Part shown: positions 27,770-40,918 of the stretch, in pieces
How the letters are laid out: each line of letters begins with the position of its first letter
Numbering within the stretch: position 1 is the stretch's first letter
NCBI RefSeq assembly: GCF_036321535.1
Contig: NC_087437.1
Span: 13,580,001 to 13,644,000, forward strand
DNA length: 64,000 nt
Origin: Camelus dromedarius
Lineage: Eukaryota
Reading direction: 5' to 3'
Made by a program: the position numbers and the translations under genes
The notes under the pieces: generated by a model
The model's input: the letters and a program-made list of their open reading frames with translations, nothing else
The model's database searches: none
Told to the model about the DNA's origin: nothing

Positions 27770-29240
27770 CATTCTCAACAATCAATATAACAGTAAATCA
27801 GTAAAGATAATAGAAGTCTTGAACATTAGCAACCAACTTAATGTAATTAATACATATGTGACACACCACCCAAAAAATGAAGGATATGCATTATTTTCAA
27901 GTGGATATGATGCAATAGCCAAGATAGACATTATTCTGGATCAGAACACAGCCTGTGACAAATTTAAAAGAATTAAAGTCAGACAAAGTATGCCCTCTAA
28001 CCATAACAGAATTAAAGCAGAACTTGATAACAGAATATATGAGGAAAATCCTCCAAATAATTATTAGTTAAAGGATTCTAAATAACACAATACTTAAAAA
28101 AGAATTCACAAGGAAAATTAGAAAGTATTTTTAATTGAAAGGAAATGAAAACACAACATACAAAATTGTGGGATGTAGCTAAAAATACAGGAAAGTTCAC
28201 CAAATTTAAAACTGATTATTGAGTGAATAATTTAAATTTCTACTTTATCAAACTAGTAGTAAAGTAAACCCAAATCAAACAGAAGAAAGAAACAAGGCAA
28301 ATAAGAGTAGAAACAAGAAAATGGAAAACAGAAAATCAATAGAATAAGTCAGTGAAAACAAAAGCTGGTTCTTCGAAAAGATCAAGAAATTTGATATTAG
28401 ACAAATTTAACAATAAAAAAGAGAAAGAATGTAAGAGGATACATTACTACTCACACTACAGACATTGAAAGGGTAATAATGGCATATTGTAAAAGATTTT
28501 ATGCTTATCAATTTGAAACTACAGTGAAATAGATAAACTGAACAACCTTAAGTATATTTTAATTGAATTCATAATAAAAACCATTCTACAAAGAAAATTC
28601 CAGGCCCTTTTGAAAATTCTACCATATACTGGAAAAATAATACTAGCTTCTCTGAAAGTAGAAATGCTTGTTTTCCAAGTTGTTTTATGATTCCAGGATC
28701 ATCTTGATACCAAATCCAGACAAAGTAATTCCAAGGAAAAATAAAAGAAAAACCTACAAATGTTATCAAATTAAATCCAGCTGCATATACAAAATATAAT
28801 ATACCATGGCCAAATGTTTATCTCATGAATGCAAGGCTTGCTCAATACTTTAAAAACAACTCAGACTTGTGAATGGATAAGCCAATTGTGGTGCATCCAT
28901 CTGACAGCTTACCAGTCAGCAGTAGAAAAAAGTACTGGTGGGTGTGACAACACCGGCAAATCTCAGATGCATTATTCCAACTAATAGAAGCCAAATACTT
29001 TAAACCTATGTGTTACATGATTTCATTTGAATAGAACTCTGGAAAAGGCAATATTATGGGAATAGAAAACGTATCAGTTGTTGGCAAAGTCTGGGGTGGG
29101 GCTGGGAGTTGATAGTAATGACTGTAAGGGAATTTACAGGACAGGTGGCTGTTCTGTATCTTGACTGTGGCTGTTGTTCTATAAATGTCCATTTTTCTGT
29201 GTAAATTTTAACCAAGGTTTAAAAATTAAGATAAAAAAAA
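27770..29240 (+). mobile_element. Old L1 (ORF2 fragments plus 3' UTR)
   Basis: Translates ALFSSGYDAIAKIDIIL..SNHNRIK (endonuclease C-terminus); 3' UTR and A tail end at about 29243. Confidence 0.8.
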
Positions 29241-29247
29241 AAATTGA

Positions 29248-29502
29248 ATGAGTTCGAATGGGTGAGTACATATTTGGAGGTGATCAGCCACAGAATCAGA
29301 GGAAGAATTATTGTAGAAACAAGTGTTGCAGTTGAAGTATTTCTCATAACAGAGGTTTTAGTATTATGTGAACTTTGAGTATGCTCGACACCAAGCATTC
29401 TCATTGTCTAACATGGTCATTTCCCACTTCTGGAATGAGGTCAATTATGTGACGACATGGTCGGTTTGAAGTTTTCTTTCCTAATATTAGCGCATTTGCT
29501 AG

Positions 29503-29533
<31 letters not shown>
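29248..29533 (+). other. Retrotransposed insert of unknown origin (257 bp plus 29-nt poly(A))
   Basis: A(n)TTGA target-site duplication on both sides (ending 29247 and 29537) and an uninterrupted A tail. The body resembles no L1 or SINE that I recognise. Confidence 0.75.
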
Positions 29534-29537
<4 letters not shown>

Positions 29538-29742
29538 CCAAAAGAAGAAGAAGAAGAAAGAAGGAGATAGAAGAAAAAATGACAGAGGATACTTTGTACA
29601 CCAACCAATTTAAAGGCTATGATTAAATGAACACATTTCATGCGATCTGTTCCACTAAAAAAAAAAAAAAAAAACTGAAACCAAAAATTAAAACTTTCAG
29701 GTCCAGATGGTTTCCTACAAAGTGCAATGTATACTATTACCC

Positions 29743-30248
29743 TGTGGTAGGAAGCATAATGCCCCTTCTCCACCCAAAGATGTCCACGCTCTTACCCCCA
29801 GTACCTGTGACTATGTTAGACTGCATGCAAATAAGGGCTTTGCAGACGTGATTGTTAAGGACTTGGAGGTAAAGAAAGTATACTGTTTTACCCAGATGGG
29901 CCGGATCTAGTCACGTGAGTCCTTAAAAGCAAAGGCCCTTTCCTGGTTTTCATCAAAAGGACACGTGACTACGGAAGAAAGGTCAGACAGATGTGACGTT
30001 ACTGCCTTTGAAGATTCAGGACAGGAAGCAGGAGACACAGAATGCAGGCAACATCTGGAAGGTGAAAAGGCAAATAAATGGATTCTCACCTAGAACCTCC
30101 AGGAGGAACAGAGCCCCATGGAAACTTTGATTTTTAGCCCAGGGAGACCTATGGCAGACTTCTGAACTGCAAAATGTAAAATGATAAATCTGTGTTAAAC
30201 CACTAAGTTTGTGACAATCTGCTGCATCTGCAATAGAAAGCTAATACA
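29743..30248 (+). mobile_element. MLT1D-like solo LTR
   Basis: tgtggtagg..caaagatgtccac..gcaatagaaagctaataca. Confidence 0.85.
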
Positions 30249-30671
30249 TGTCCTAATTTTGTAAAATAATATATGTGTAGTTTATATTAAAAAGAGAAAA
30301 GGGATATATTTGGCCAAAAGTTAACAGTGGTTGTCCCAGAAATTATGGAAAATTTTAATGTGATTCATCATGTATTTCAAGATTTTCTCAATTTTTATAA
30401 ATAGAATGCAAGTCTTATAACCAGAAAACACATTCAATTATAGTTTAAAAAAATAAAAATAAAATAACCACCACCTCTATTTCCCTGATAATAAGTGTGA
30501 AATATTATTCCTAAGCATATAAGCCACATCTTTCAAATCGTTCACTTCCTCTTTCAACAGGTACTTCCTAAGGCTTCCTAAAACGATTTAAATTAAACAA
30601 GTGTACGTTTTGTTTTCTGAAAAAAAGGAAAGTAAAACTTCAACTGAATCACATAATCCATGCCCTGTTAC

Positions 30672-30798
30672 TTTCAAAGACTGAGACATCAGACCAATTT
30701 CCAGAGCAGCAGGTGAGGGATGCGCAGCCCGGAGCCCTCCACCACCGTCTCCCCACAGACCTCTATCAGAGCAGCAGGTCCCTGTCTCAGCTTGCTGC
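30672..30798 (-). pseudogene. Exon remnant
   Basis: gtttatttttcccAG ... AAA|GTAACA; (G)SKLRQGPAALIEVCGETVVEGSGLRIPHLLLWKLV*CLSL*, phase 1 to 2. Confidence 0.5.
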
Positions 30799-30917
30799 CT
30801 GGGAAAAATAAACGTTTGTTCCAAAAGGACCATGAGATCCTGAACAGATGCTCCTGATAATAAAAATTAGGCTATTTTATGGGCACATTTGCATCTCTAA
30901 TGTGCTTCCACATATAC

Positions 30918-31032
30918 CTAATGTGATAACAGTCCAGAAAGTTTGGACGGCAATAACATACCACAGAACACTCCCCCGTGTGGAAGTGAGAGCTCATCAT
31001 TGCCTCATCCTCCCTACCACGTCTGGGGCTTT
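30918..31032 (-). pseudogene. Exon remnant
   Basis: gttttctcgctgcAG ... TAG|GTATAT; KAPDVVGRMRQ**ALTSTRGSVLWYVIAVQTFWTVITL, phase 0 to 1. Confidence 0.5.
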
Positions 31033-31463
31033 CTGCAGCGAGAAAACATACCAAGGAAATCAAACAGATGGGCTTGACTTGAGGGGACAGTGAGGCGGAG
31101 AAGGAATGGGAAGTGGTACCTACTAGGCACCTATGACGTGTGAAGTATGAGGCAGGAACAGGGCAAGGCACTTGTGCGGGTAAATGGTTTCCTACGGCTA
31201 AGGGATTTTATCCTCAGGACAATATAAGTGGGTGAAAATAAGTGAGCATGTATCCAAATCAAAGCACAGAAATAAGTTTAAATTTTACTCCTCTTGGAGT
31301 CATCTGAGGGATGCCCAGAAACCTTCCATCTTCACCACCCACTCACCCTCACCCCAATACAGCCCCATTAGCTTCACAAATCTTCCCTATTTGGTTGTGA
31401 GGCTTAGTTTTCTGTTACTGTGCAAATGTCTGTATGGGAACACGGGACCTCCGGCATCATTCA

Positions 31464-31590
31464 CAGCAGGGGTTCTCAAAGTCCGACCCCTGGATTGGCA
31501 GCGGAAGCATCACCTGGGACTCACTAGAAATGCAAAATAGTGGGCCCCAAGGATTCTGATTCAGACCTGCTGAGTCAGAAACTCAGAGTT
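31464..31590 (+). mobile_element. MER5A fragment
   Basis: ggttctcaaagt..agcatcacctgggactcactagaaatgca..cagacctgctgagtcagaaactc. Confidence 0.8.
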
Positions 31591-31606
31591 GCAAGAGAAA
31601 AGTACT

Positions 31607-31985
31607 GTAGTCATCTGTGTTTTTTCCGAAGTCCTGAATGAGCAGGGCTTTTGGCTGAGACAAAGATTCCTGTGCAAGGGATTTATGAAAGAAATATACC
31701 CAGGAGGAGCAGTAAAGGGCGGAGGAAGTTAAAGAAGCAACAGAAGGGCCATCCTGAATGGACTGCCTGACCCTGCGGGGAGCTCGGGGGTGTGGGTCCT
31801 TAGTGTCATCCCGAGGCATGGGAGCAGGGCATTCCTGCTGCCACCTGTCCCTGCAGATAAACTCCCGGGCTGCAGGCTGCGCAGAGAGAGCTAGGGTGTT
31901 GCAAGCAAAGCACGCTCAGTCTTGTGAAGGGCACACAAAAACTGCAAATGGGATCCTTGGGGAAAAGGACTCAGGGTCCACAGAA
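31607..31985. mobile_element. Old MLT1 LTR
   Basis: ctgagacaaagattcctgtgcaagggatttat motif. Confidence 0.5.
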
Positions 31986-32219
31986 AGACTGGGGCAAAAA
32001 CATCCCAAGGGACAATCCTTTCTCCTTCCCACCCTCTGATCCCCAAACAAGGAAAAGATTCCCAGGGAGAGAAAATAATGGGGAGATGCAATGAGAGGGT
32101 AAACATTGATGGATCCCCCCAAAGTGGAGTTATGAACAGTACCCCGTGGGCCTCAGTGTCATGACCTCAGACTTGGAACCCCGGTCATACAAGTATAGTA
32201 ATGTTAATCAAGAAGTCAT

Positions 32220-32490
32220 GGCAATAACAATAACACATATATGAAGGCACTTAACATGTGTCAGACACTGTTGTGAGTGCTCTGCATTTATCAGCTGATC
32301 TAAGCCTCATCACAAACCTGTGAGGTGGGAGCTACTATTATCCCTGTCTCACACACAAGAATACTGAGACACAGATCAGTGCAGCATCTTGGTGGAGGTC
32401 ACACCGCAAGTAAATTGGTCAACAAGGATTGGAATCTGGTCACTCCGAATCCAGGGTTCATGGTCACAACCAGCTCATTATGCTGCCTGA
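32220..32490 (-). mobile_element. MIR SINE
   Basis: gcacttaacatgtgtcagacactg..cctcatcacaaacctgtgaggtgggagctactattatccc. Confidence 0.8.
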
Positions 32491-32632
32491 CCTTGAGGCC
32501 ACATGAATGGCTAACTTGAGTATCATTTAAATACCTGTAAGTTGTGGCTGTAACACATAAGAAGAACATGAGTGGAATTGACAAGAGAAGAAATAAACAG
32601 ATTAGGGAAATCTAATCAAGTAATGTGGAAAC

Positions 32633-32789
32633 CTCCACGTGAAGACGTAAGAAACGCAGGATGCGGAAGCTGATGCAGATGTGGGCTGAGCTCTGAGATG
32701 AAGGCAGAAGGGACACGTGGGGCACGGCCCAGTCCAGTGGTATGAGCGGCCAGGTCCCTTCAGCCTGTCAGACAGAAACTTCTTGGGTC
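32633..32789 (-). pseudogene. Exon remnant (GC/CpG-rich)
   Basis: ggttgtggttttcAG; phase 2 to 0; TQEVSV*QAEGTWPLIPLDWAVPHVSLLPSSQSSAHICISFRILRFLRLHVE. 7 CpGs in 157 bp. Confidence 0.55.
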
Positions 32790-34004
32790 CTGAAAACCAC
32801 AACCAGCTGAGAATGTAACCTCAAGAATTATTTGGAAAAGCCACCCTAAATATTTCAGTTTAACGTAATTGTTTATTAGTTGTTATCATCTTTCAACAGA
32901 GGGAAGACTTGGAATTGGGTATAGAAATGTTTAAGAGACTCTGAGCCATAATACTCATATTTTGTTCTAAATGTGTGCATATTTGATATGTTTGAGTCTT
33001 TATAATTATCAGGAGAGTTTGTTAGAGTAATAGGTTAGACTTGTAATTCTAATTAGAAGGTAATGTGCAGTTGACTTATTGGTTCATACATTTGATTCTT
33101 TTTCACTCATTAAACCATTAAACCATACCTTAAAAACTTCAAAAGAAATTAAAAGCATTAACAAACAGTTAACATTCTCACAATTCTTATCCTCTTCTTT
33201 ATTCTCTACGTCAACCCTTTTACATTCTTACGAGAAAACTGCTCTTAAAATGTTGTTTATATAGCCTTATAATTTTAAATTTAAATCTTACTAAGTTATT
33301 GTAAATAGTATTAGAACACTAAGTAGAACTTAAAATTTACTGAGTATACATTAAAATTATTGGATTAATAAGAAACACTTAAATGCTTAATTGAGGTACG
33401 TAAAGTAATACATTAAACTTATAGATGAAATTTAAAATACTTAAATGAGTTTAATTAACAAAATTTGTAAATAGGGCCAAATAATAATTGACGCGAAATA
33501 AGGTTTTTGTTTACCACACTGTTTCTCCTTCCTGCAAACTCAGGAAAATCCTATTTCCCAGTCCTACTAATAGACTGAGATCTTGTAATTGAGCTCTTGT
33601 CTATGGAATTGTGTCTCTTTGGTCGAAGATGGTTAAGAGCAACAGTGAGTGTAAGCAGAGTACTCCAAGATGGAAAAGTTGCACAAAGAAAGCCGCCCAG
33701 CAACTTGAGCCACCTCGGGAGATGCGCCCAGGAAAACCCCCTCACCTGCATCGGGCTATGACCAGAGTGAGAAACACACCTTGCTGCAGTTAAGCACTTG
33801 ACATTGTGGGTTTGTCTGCACCTGCAGCGTAACTGAATCTATCCTGTCTAAAACAGTAATCTAAGTTTCTTTTAAAATGGCTTATTGAAATCGGCTAGAT
33901 TTATCAATAAAAATAGGATTTTAAAACTGAACTTGAAATGTGAAGGAATGACTAGGTATTTGAATCTATAACTTTCATAAATTTAGCGCTAACTTTTCAA
34001 CTCT

Positions 34005-35500
34005 CATTTTATTATGAATTTTCAAGCATACAGAAAAGTTGAAAAATTTGTCACAGTGCATACCCACAAACCTACAATATAGAATCTGCAGTTATGATTT
34101 ATCGTGCTTGATTTATCACATATCTTTCCTAATGTCCATCTCTCTATCAATCAAAGCCCGTCTTATTTTTGATACATTTCAAGGTTGCAGACATTGATAT
34201 ATTTCCCCCAAATACTCTGCACATATACAGTTAACTACAGTTCAAAATTTGTTAACACTTTTTTTCTTTTGAAATAAAATTCATATGCAATGAAATGCAC
34301 AGATTTTAAATGTTCTCATTTGGTGAGTTTGGACAAAAGCATACATGTGCTACCCATACCTATCAAGACTCAAACGTCTCCATCACCAAAAAATCTGTCA
34401 GGCTCCTTCCCAGGCAATCCCCACCCCCACCCCAAGTGCCAACCATTGCTCTGAATTTTTCCACCCATAGTTTCCTTTTACCTTTCTAGAGCTTTAAGTA
34501 AATTGAATCATTTGGTACGTATTCATTTGCAAAAGACGTCTTTCACTCCGCAAATTGATTTGGAGGCTCATCTACAATGATGTGTATCAGTAGGTTGATA
34601 CTGTTTATTGCTGAATAGTATCCCATTATACAGATAAACCACAGTTTGTCAATGCATTTAATTTTTGGATTCGTGGACTGTTTCCAGGTATGGACTATTA
34701 TAAATAAAGCTAATACGAATATTGTTATAAGTGTTTTTATGACATGTTTTTATTGTTCTGGGAAAATGTAAAGGAATGGAGTTTCTGGGCCATAGGGACA
34801 TTGCATACTTCATTCTATAATAAACTTCCAGATCTTTTCCCAAAATGGTTATACCATTTTACATTTTCACCGAAAATGTTTGAGTAATTTTTGTTGTTCT
34901 ACAGCCTTATCAACATTTGTTATCAATATTTTCATTAAGCCCTTTGGGTAGGGGTATAGTAGAAGCTCCTTGTGGTCTTGAGTTGCATTTCTTTTATGAC
35001 TAATGATATGGAAAATTTTCTTTTGTGAAGTGTCTCTTCAAATATTTTGCCTATTTTTCTATTGGATTGTTAATCTTTTTAGTACGTTATAGGAGTACCT
35101 TATATAGTCTAGATACTATTCTTTTGTCAGATATATCTTTGCAAATATTTCCTCCCAAACTGTGGCTTGCCTGCTTGTTTTCTTAACGGTATTACTTGAT
35201 GAGCAGATTTTAATTTTGAAGAAGTCTTACTTACCAATTTTTATTTTATCACTATTGCTTTCTGTGTCCTAAGAAACCTTTGTCTACCCCCAGAAGACAC
35301 TCTAGTGTTTTCTTACAAAAGCTTTCTGATTTTAGCCTTTATGTTTAGGTATGTGATCTATCTCTATTTAACCTTGTATTTGGTGTGAGATAGGAGTTGA
35401 CATCAATTATTTTCCCATATAGAGATTCACTGATTTCAGTATCATTTCTATTCCACATTGGATAGCTTTGACATCTTTGGTAAATATCAAATGACTGTGA
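34005..35500 (-). mobile_element. Old L1 (L1MB/ME-type) 3' portions
   Basis: Antisense L1 motifs tttattgctgaatagtatcccatt, ttgcaaatatttcctccc, gtgtgagataggag. Confidence 0.85.
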
Positions 35501-35791
35501 ACATTAACTTTTAAAACCAAAGTATTCTGTTCAGGAAATATGACCTCAAGGACACCATAAAAATTTTAAATAGAGAAGTAGTAAAAAGTAAAATTACTTA
35601 TTGAGATCCAGCATTGAGGGTATCTCAGCCCATTTCTTAGGGAGAGCCTAGGAAAGGGAATAGGAAGAAGGTAGGAATAACTGTAGAAAAGATGTAACCC
35701 CAGTCTCTGACTCAGGAGCATAATCCTGGCACACATCAGAGTGTCCTGTGCCTCAGTAGAGCAGCAGAGCCCCAGAGTGAGTCCCAGGCAC

Positions 35792-35922
35792 CTCATCATG
35801 ACATAGAGGTGGTAACTGGTTCTCTGGTTGATGGAATCATGCAGAGAGAAAGGACAACTAACAGCAGGCTGCCCAGAGCGGTGACCACAAACAACATGGA
35901 ATGGTGACCATCCCAGTGGATA
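35792..35922 (-). pseudogene. Exon remnant
   Basis: catcgcttcttAG ... GAG|GTGCCT. 131 bp, one base short of a symmetric phase-2 exon; IHWDGHHSMLFVVTALG.. / ..SINQRTSYHLYVMM. Confidence 0.4.
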
Positions 35923-36224
35923 CTAAGAAGCGATGGCATCAGAGATGAAATATAATGCCCCCCACCCACACACACACACATTCTTAGTTCTTGCCACTAG
36001 GTAAGTCTGGGGACTTAAACAAGTCTTAGTAAATCCAAATTGACCAAAATATAAATTTCCACTACCTCAATAAGCTGGAAGTGTGAAAGAGAAATGAACT
36101 TGGGGTGAATATCCCATATACCTGTATTTCTATGTTAAGATTGTGTATATTGTGAATTCACTACTCAGGTGCTGATTTTTTTAACAGCAGTGTTTTCTGA
36201 GGAAGGTTGGTAAAGTACATCTTT

Positions 36225-36378
36225 AGTTTTTTGAGGAACTTTCCTACTGTTTTCCAAAGAAGTTACACCAGTTTACGGTCCCACCAATAGTGCGTGAGGG
36301 TTCCCTTTCTCCACATTTTTGCCACCATTTGTTATTTGTAGACTTTTTGATGATAGCCATTCTGACAAGTGTGTCTGA
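36225..36378 (-). mobile_element. Short L1 fragment
   Basis: Translates [16 protein letters not shown]. Confidence 0.85.
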
Positions 36379-36449
36379 CATATCTTTTTGTTGTCTAGGA
36401 AATGACAAGGGACAAGGCCACAGGTGAAGGCTTGTCAAAGGAAACATTG

Positions 36450-36815
36450 CATGTTATTTCCTCTTCCTCCTGATCAGGAGCTAGTTTATGTTTCGCAGAC
36501 ATATGACTAAGTTTTAGAGAATGGGATGTGAGTGGAAGTGATATGTTCCTTTCTAGGATTGGCCCATACAAGCTTCCCAGTTACCATTTATTCTTTATTT
36601 TCAAGCCAGCAAGCTTGGAACCTCCTTGCTGAAGACGGCAAAGCCACAGGTGGAAAGAGCCAAGTTCCTAAATCCCCAGTCTTCCTGCTTATCGAGAACA
36701 CTTATTCAGACTTGACGCACATAAGAAACAAGCTCCAATTCTGTTAAGCTACTGAGATTATTTTTTATTTGTGTTGTTTGTTACAGAAGCTGACATTACT
36801 TAACCTTTCTAAACC
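36450..36815 (+). mobile_element. MLT1J-like LTR
   Basis: gaatgggatgtgagtggaagtgat..aagccacaggtggaaagagcc..ttaagctactgagatt..ttgttacag. Confidence 0.7.
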
Positions 36816-37354
36816 TTGAAAAGTTTTGGCTTAAATATTTACCAACAACTTCCATCATACCTGGTACATAGCAAGCCTTCGATAAATGTTAGTTATCATT
36901 ATAAATACCATTTGAAATTAGGACAAAAGGGCTTACTGAGGAAAGAGCATTTGAGTCATGCTTCAGGATACTGGTGGGATTTCAACTGACAAAAGAGCTA
37001 AGGGACAGCATTTAAAATGAGATTTATAATGTGTGAAAGGTGAGAGAGAAGGAAAGTTTAGTAAATGAGACTAGTTACTCCCATTTTCACTGAGCAGATG
37101 GGAAGCTGGAGAGAATTAATGGAGGATAAAATGGAAAAGTTTGTTGCTGTCCAATATTAGTCTTGAATTAAAATTGAGGCTTGAGTGACATTCAAGCATA
37201 GGGAAAAAGAGAATTCATATGCATATGAAGAGGACTAAAGGATTTGTCCCAACTCTTTTATTCTGAAGAAAAACAGAAACCTGCTGATAATCGTTGCATT
37301 TATTAAGGAAGCTTAGGCTGTTGCAAGGTAGAGGGAGTGGAACGGTGAAAGCAC

Positions 37355-37470
37355 CTTGTCATCAGAAGTGTAATTAAAGAGTAAGGCACTAGTAGCAGCA
37401 GCAGCTTGGACAAGAGCTCTTTATTTGAGTCACAGATCTCATTAAGAATATGAGGGAAGCTAAAGATCCC
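37355..37470 (-). pseudogene. Exon remnant
   Basis: gtgcttttttggaAG; open frame GIFSFPHILNEICDSNKELLSKLLLLLVPYSLITLLMT; donor AAG|GTGCTT. Confidence 0.45.
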
Positions 37471-37589
37471 CTTCCAAAAAAGCACATACAAGCATAAGTA
37501 CTAAGTCTTTACTGACACCAGGTTAAAAACATTGAGTCAGTAAAGTTCAAGAGAAGAGAAGAGAGGTGACCTGGATCATGCTCAGGGTG

Positions 37590-38234
37590 GTATTCTTAGA
37601 GCAGGCAGATAGCTAGATATAAGCAGAGAAAGGGGGACACAGACCAAATGGCAGGAATTGGGCAGAAAAGAGGGGCACTGGCCAAATACAAGACACCCTA
37701 CATTATGTAAGAAACAGAGGTCCTTGGGCAGAGAAAGAAGAGCAGGAACTTCTAGGCTGATAAGTGGTCACATATTTTGGGGTGACAAGTGGCCTGGAGG
37801 TCAACACAGAAAGGTGAGAAAAGGCTGGAATCTCCAGTGTCTAAATGTAACCTTTTGCTCATTATGCCCTCATTTCAATAAAATTAGCCTTGCAGATTAG
37901 AAGTGCCCATCATGCACTGATGCCACACTTCTGATCCAGACTAAATAAGGACAAAAATCCCTCCTCCCTTTGGGAAGGTAGAGTTGGGATTAAAAATCAG
38001 GAATACAACCCCAAACCCTTCCCTCCCCAATGAATATTCCACCCATTTATTTTTATGCTCTATGTAACCAACTTGCCAAAGAAACTCAGGGCAGCTGCTC
38101 ACCTGAGCCTGCCCTCTCTCCCCTTGAGAGTGTACTAAACATCCCTTAATAAATCCCCACTTTACTTTCTTAACCTCTGCTTCCCATCTCTGAATTCTTT
38201 CTGCGATGGGAAAAGAACCTAGTCACCGGCAACG
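37590..38234 (+). mobile_element. Solo ERV LTR (lineage-specific)
   Basis: gagagtgtacta..cccttaataaatcc..tctctgaattctttctgcgatggg..aagaaccta U5-like end. Confidence 0.75.
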
Positions 38235-38631
38235 GGACCGTAGTGTGATTTCCAAGACTACCACCAACAGTGTGACTTTGGGTAAGTTAATAAAATGCCC
38301 TGTGACTTTGTTTCTTCATCTGTAAAATGGAATTATTAATATCTGCAAGAGATATATATGAACGTGTTTTCCAAAATTCTAAATGGTTAATTTCTATACA
38401 TATCAATGCTACTTATTTTTTTAAAATAGTGCTTAAATTACTTTCTATTTTGCTTCCTCCAGAACTGTAGTATTACCTCTGTCTTTCCCTCCCTTAATGA
38501 AGGAAGTGTTGCGTAACTGCCCTGAGCCAACCATTTTCCCAGGTGCTCAGGATACAAGAACGCATGCAGGATAACCTGCCCTCAAGAAGCACCACATGCT
38601 AGTGGTCTTTCTTCCCTGAGCTTGATCCTAC

Positions 38632-38985
38632 TGTCTCAGGTTGGGTTCCCCCAGAAACATACCTTGAAGCAAGGATTCAAGGATCCTACTGCCACTGCAC
38701 ATAAACTAGAGTTTCATCCTATGCGAAACCTTGGGGAAATGGTAAGACACACACTTCAAGATTGTCCCACCTGGGGGAACGGAACCAGATGTTGTTATAT
38801 ACCAGCTTCCCTGGGGGTGTTAATTCCATGCCTTCCTAGCTTACCTTGCACAGGGATCTTCTCCAGCTCCTGAGAAAGCTCATGCAGGAAGAAATGCAGA
38901 TGTGGACTGGAAATCAGCTGCAGAGCACTGACGTGGAAAAGCCCAAGGGACATGAGCAGAGCCCAGACACCAACTGCCCCATGTC
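38632..38985. mobile_element. Old MLT1 LTR
   Basis: tgtctcaggttgggttcccccagaaacataccttgaagcaaggattcaag. Confidence 0.65.
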
Positions 38986-39503
38986 CTAAAACAGTAAATC
39001 CCTCATTCCTTGGCTTTGGCTTTGGGTGGTTACAGACTTTCCTGAGCCCCATCTGAACTGGAAAAGGAGATCTCTAGCTAAAGGACAGTTAAGTCAAGGG
39101 AAACTATAGACTCCATTTTAATGAGCTCCTCTTTAGGTGGCTCTGCACACATTTATCCTCACGACATCCATGGAGTTGTTTAATTCCCGAGGCTTTGTGC
39201 ACAGGAGAAAGATGAAAAGAAGAGGCCGACCACAATATAATAGCCATTATGTATTGGGTCCTTACCATGAGTTAAGCACTGGGTTAATTGCTTTATGTGC
39301 AATAATGATTATCCTTTAAAACATTACAAGTTAGGCACTTCTATGTCCATGATGAGGCAGGGAAACTAAAATTTAAAACAGGTTAATTAAATGGTAGACC
39401 TGGGACTTGAATCCAGTTAGCTATAATCCAGAGAAAACATTCTTAACCCTTGTGTTAAGTTGTGCTGTGTAGGAAGGAATGAGCTTAGACTTCCCTTTTC
39501 AAC

Positions 39504-39738
39504 CACGTCCTCTTCCCAAGTCACTGGTCCAGAGGAACTTGCTGCCCTCCAGGGGCTGTCAGTGTTGAGAAGACAGAAGCCTGAAAACCTGGTACAGCAG
39601 AGTCCTGGAGCAGGAAGGTCATGAATATAACTCTCAAGACCTCTCCCACTAGGCTAGCGAAGGACTACCTGACCTTTGGAGAAGAGAAGTAAGATTGACC
39701 AATATCGTGGATAAAAATATAAACTTCGTCAATCCCTT
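39504..39738 (-). pseudogene. Exon remnant
   Basis: ctattttcctccacAG; phase-2 frame RD*RSLYFYPRYWSILLLFSKGQVVLR*PSGRGLESYIHDLPAPGLCCTRFSGFCLLNTDSPW.. The 3' boundary is uncertain. Confidence 0.45.
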
Positions 39739-40664
39739 CTGTGGAGGAAAATAGATCAGAGTTTGAAGTCCTGGGTGTGCAACTTTCTAGGTTAATTGCT
39801 TTGATTTTAGGAAGGCACATTTAGGTAGATTCATCTGAGTGCCTCCCTTGGAGGGAGTGCGTGCTTAGATTGTTAATCAATTCCACATTACCTTGGAGTA
39901 GCATCTAATTCCCTTAAGAACATGCAATGGGAGGATAGGAGCAAAGGGGAGCCTGGGGAGATGTGTGCACCATGTGGAGTCTAAATGCTATTTTTTGTGA
40001 GCCTAGAATTTAAAGAGAAAGTGGGGAGTCCTCCTTGTTCTCTGGGGGTTCCTCTCTCTTCCCAGGAACAGCATTAAGACTCTTTCAAGTCTCATAATGG
40101 CAGGAAGGGCAGCCAAATCCCAGATTACAGCTCACAGCAGCCACTTCCCCTCAGAATGGTCAGCTGCAAATGCATACATCCTTGGTGGTTAAGCACCATG
40201 TGCCACTGAAATGAAAAATGTGTCCCTTTCCTGTTATTTCCAAATAAAAGTATATAAGAATCTTTGGTTGCCTATCATGGTGCCTGATGCATAATTAATG
40301 TCTCAAAAATGGATGTATGGATAGACAGATGGATTGATGAATAGATGGAAATATGAATAAATGAATGAGGAGCTAAGCTCTCTTCTTCATCGAGTCATGC
40401 ATAATGTACAGAATCAGATACCCAGTCCTAGATTCTAGCCTCATAGCAGCTTGGAATGGATTCTGCAATGTTTTAGTTGACTGAACAAACTCAAAACGGC
40501 AATACTGGTCATGGTCCAAGCAGCATCAAAAAACTTGATTAAACAGCCTGAGCCACCAAGGAAAATGTCAGGCTACACAGGAAGAAGGTCTTAGATGTTT
40601 GCTCATGACTCTCAAAGTGTGAGGCAATTAATTGTGGTTGCTCTGCAATTTTCCCCTAACTTAC

Positions 40665-40918
40665 TTGTCCATAACAATTCCTGGGGCTTCTACTGGTAAG
40701 GAATTAGCATGCTAATTAATTTAGATAACCATCAGAATCATAAGTAATATATTTACAGACTGGCTTTCCAGGTTCATACCCATCTTTTGGAATAATAGCG
40801 CAACAGGAATTTGGTATCATACATCCACTAAGCCATGGGGTCATATAGATTCTGGTTACAGGCTACCATTTATTCCCTTCTGTGCCTTGGAGCCTAAAAG
40901 TTTTATTAGGTCCAGATC
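40665..40918 (-). pseudogene. Exon remnant
   Basis: cttagcttctatAG ... CAA|GTAAGT (consensus donor). 254 bp, phase 0 to 2; the internal frame is ambiguous. Confidence 0.5.

Noticed and set aside
29248..29504. NUMT or coronavirus 3' end as the source of the orphan insert
   Set aside because: No resemblance to the mitochondrial genes or viral termini I can recall; the origin is left open.
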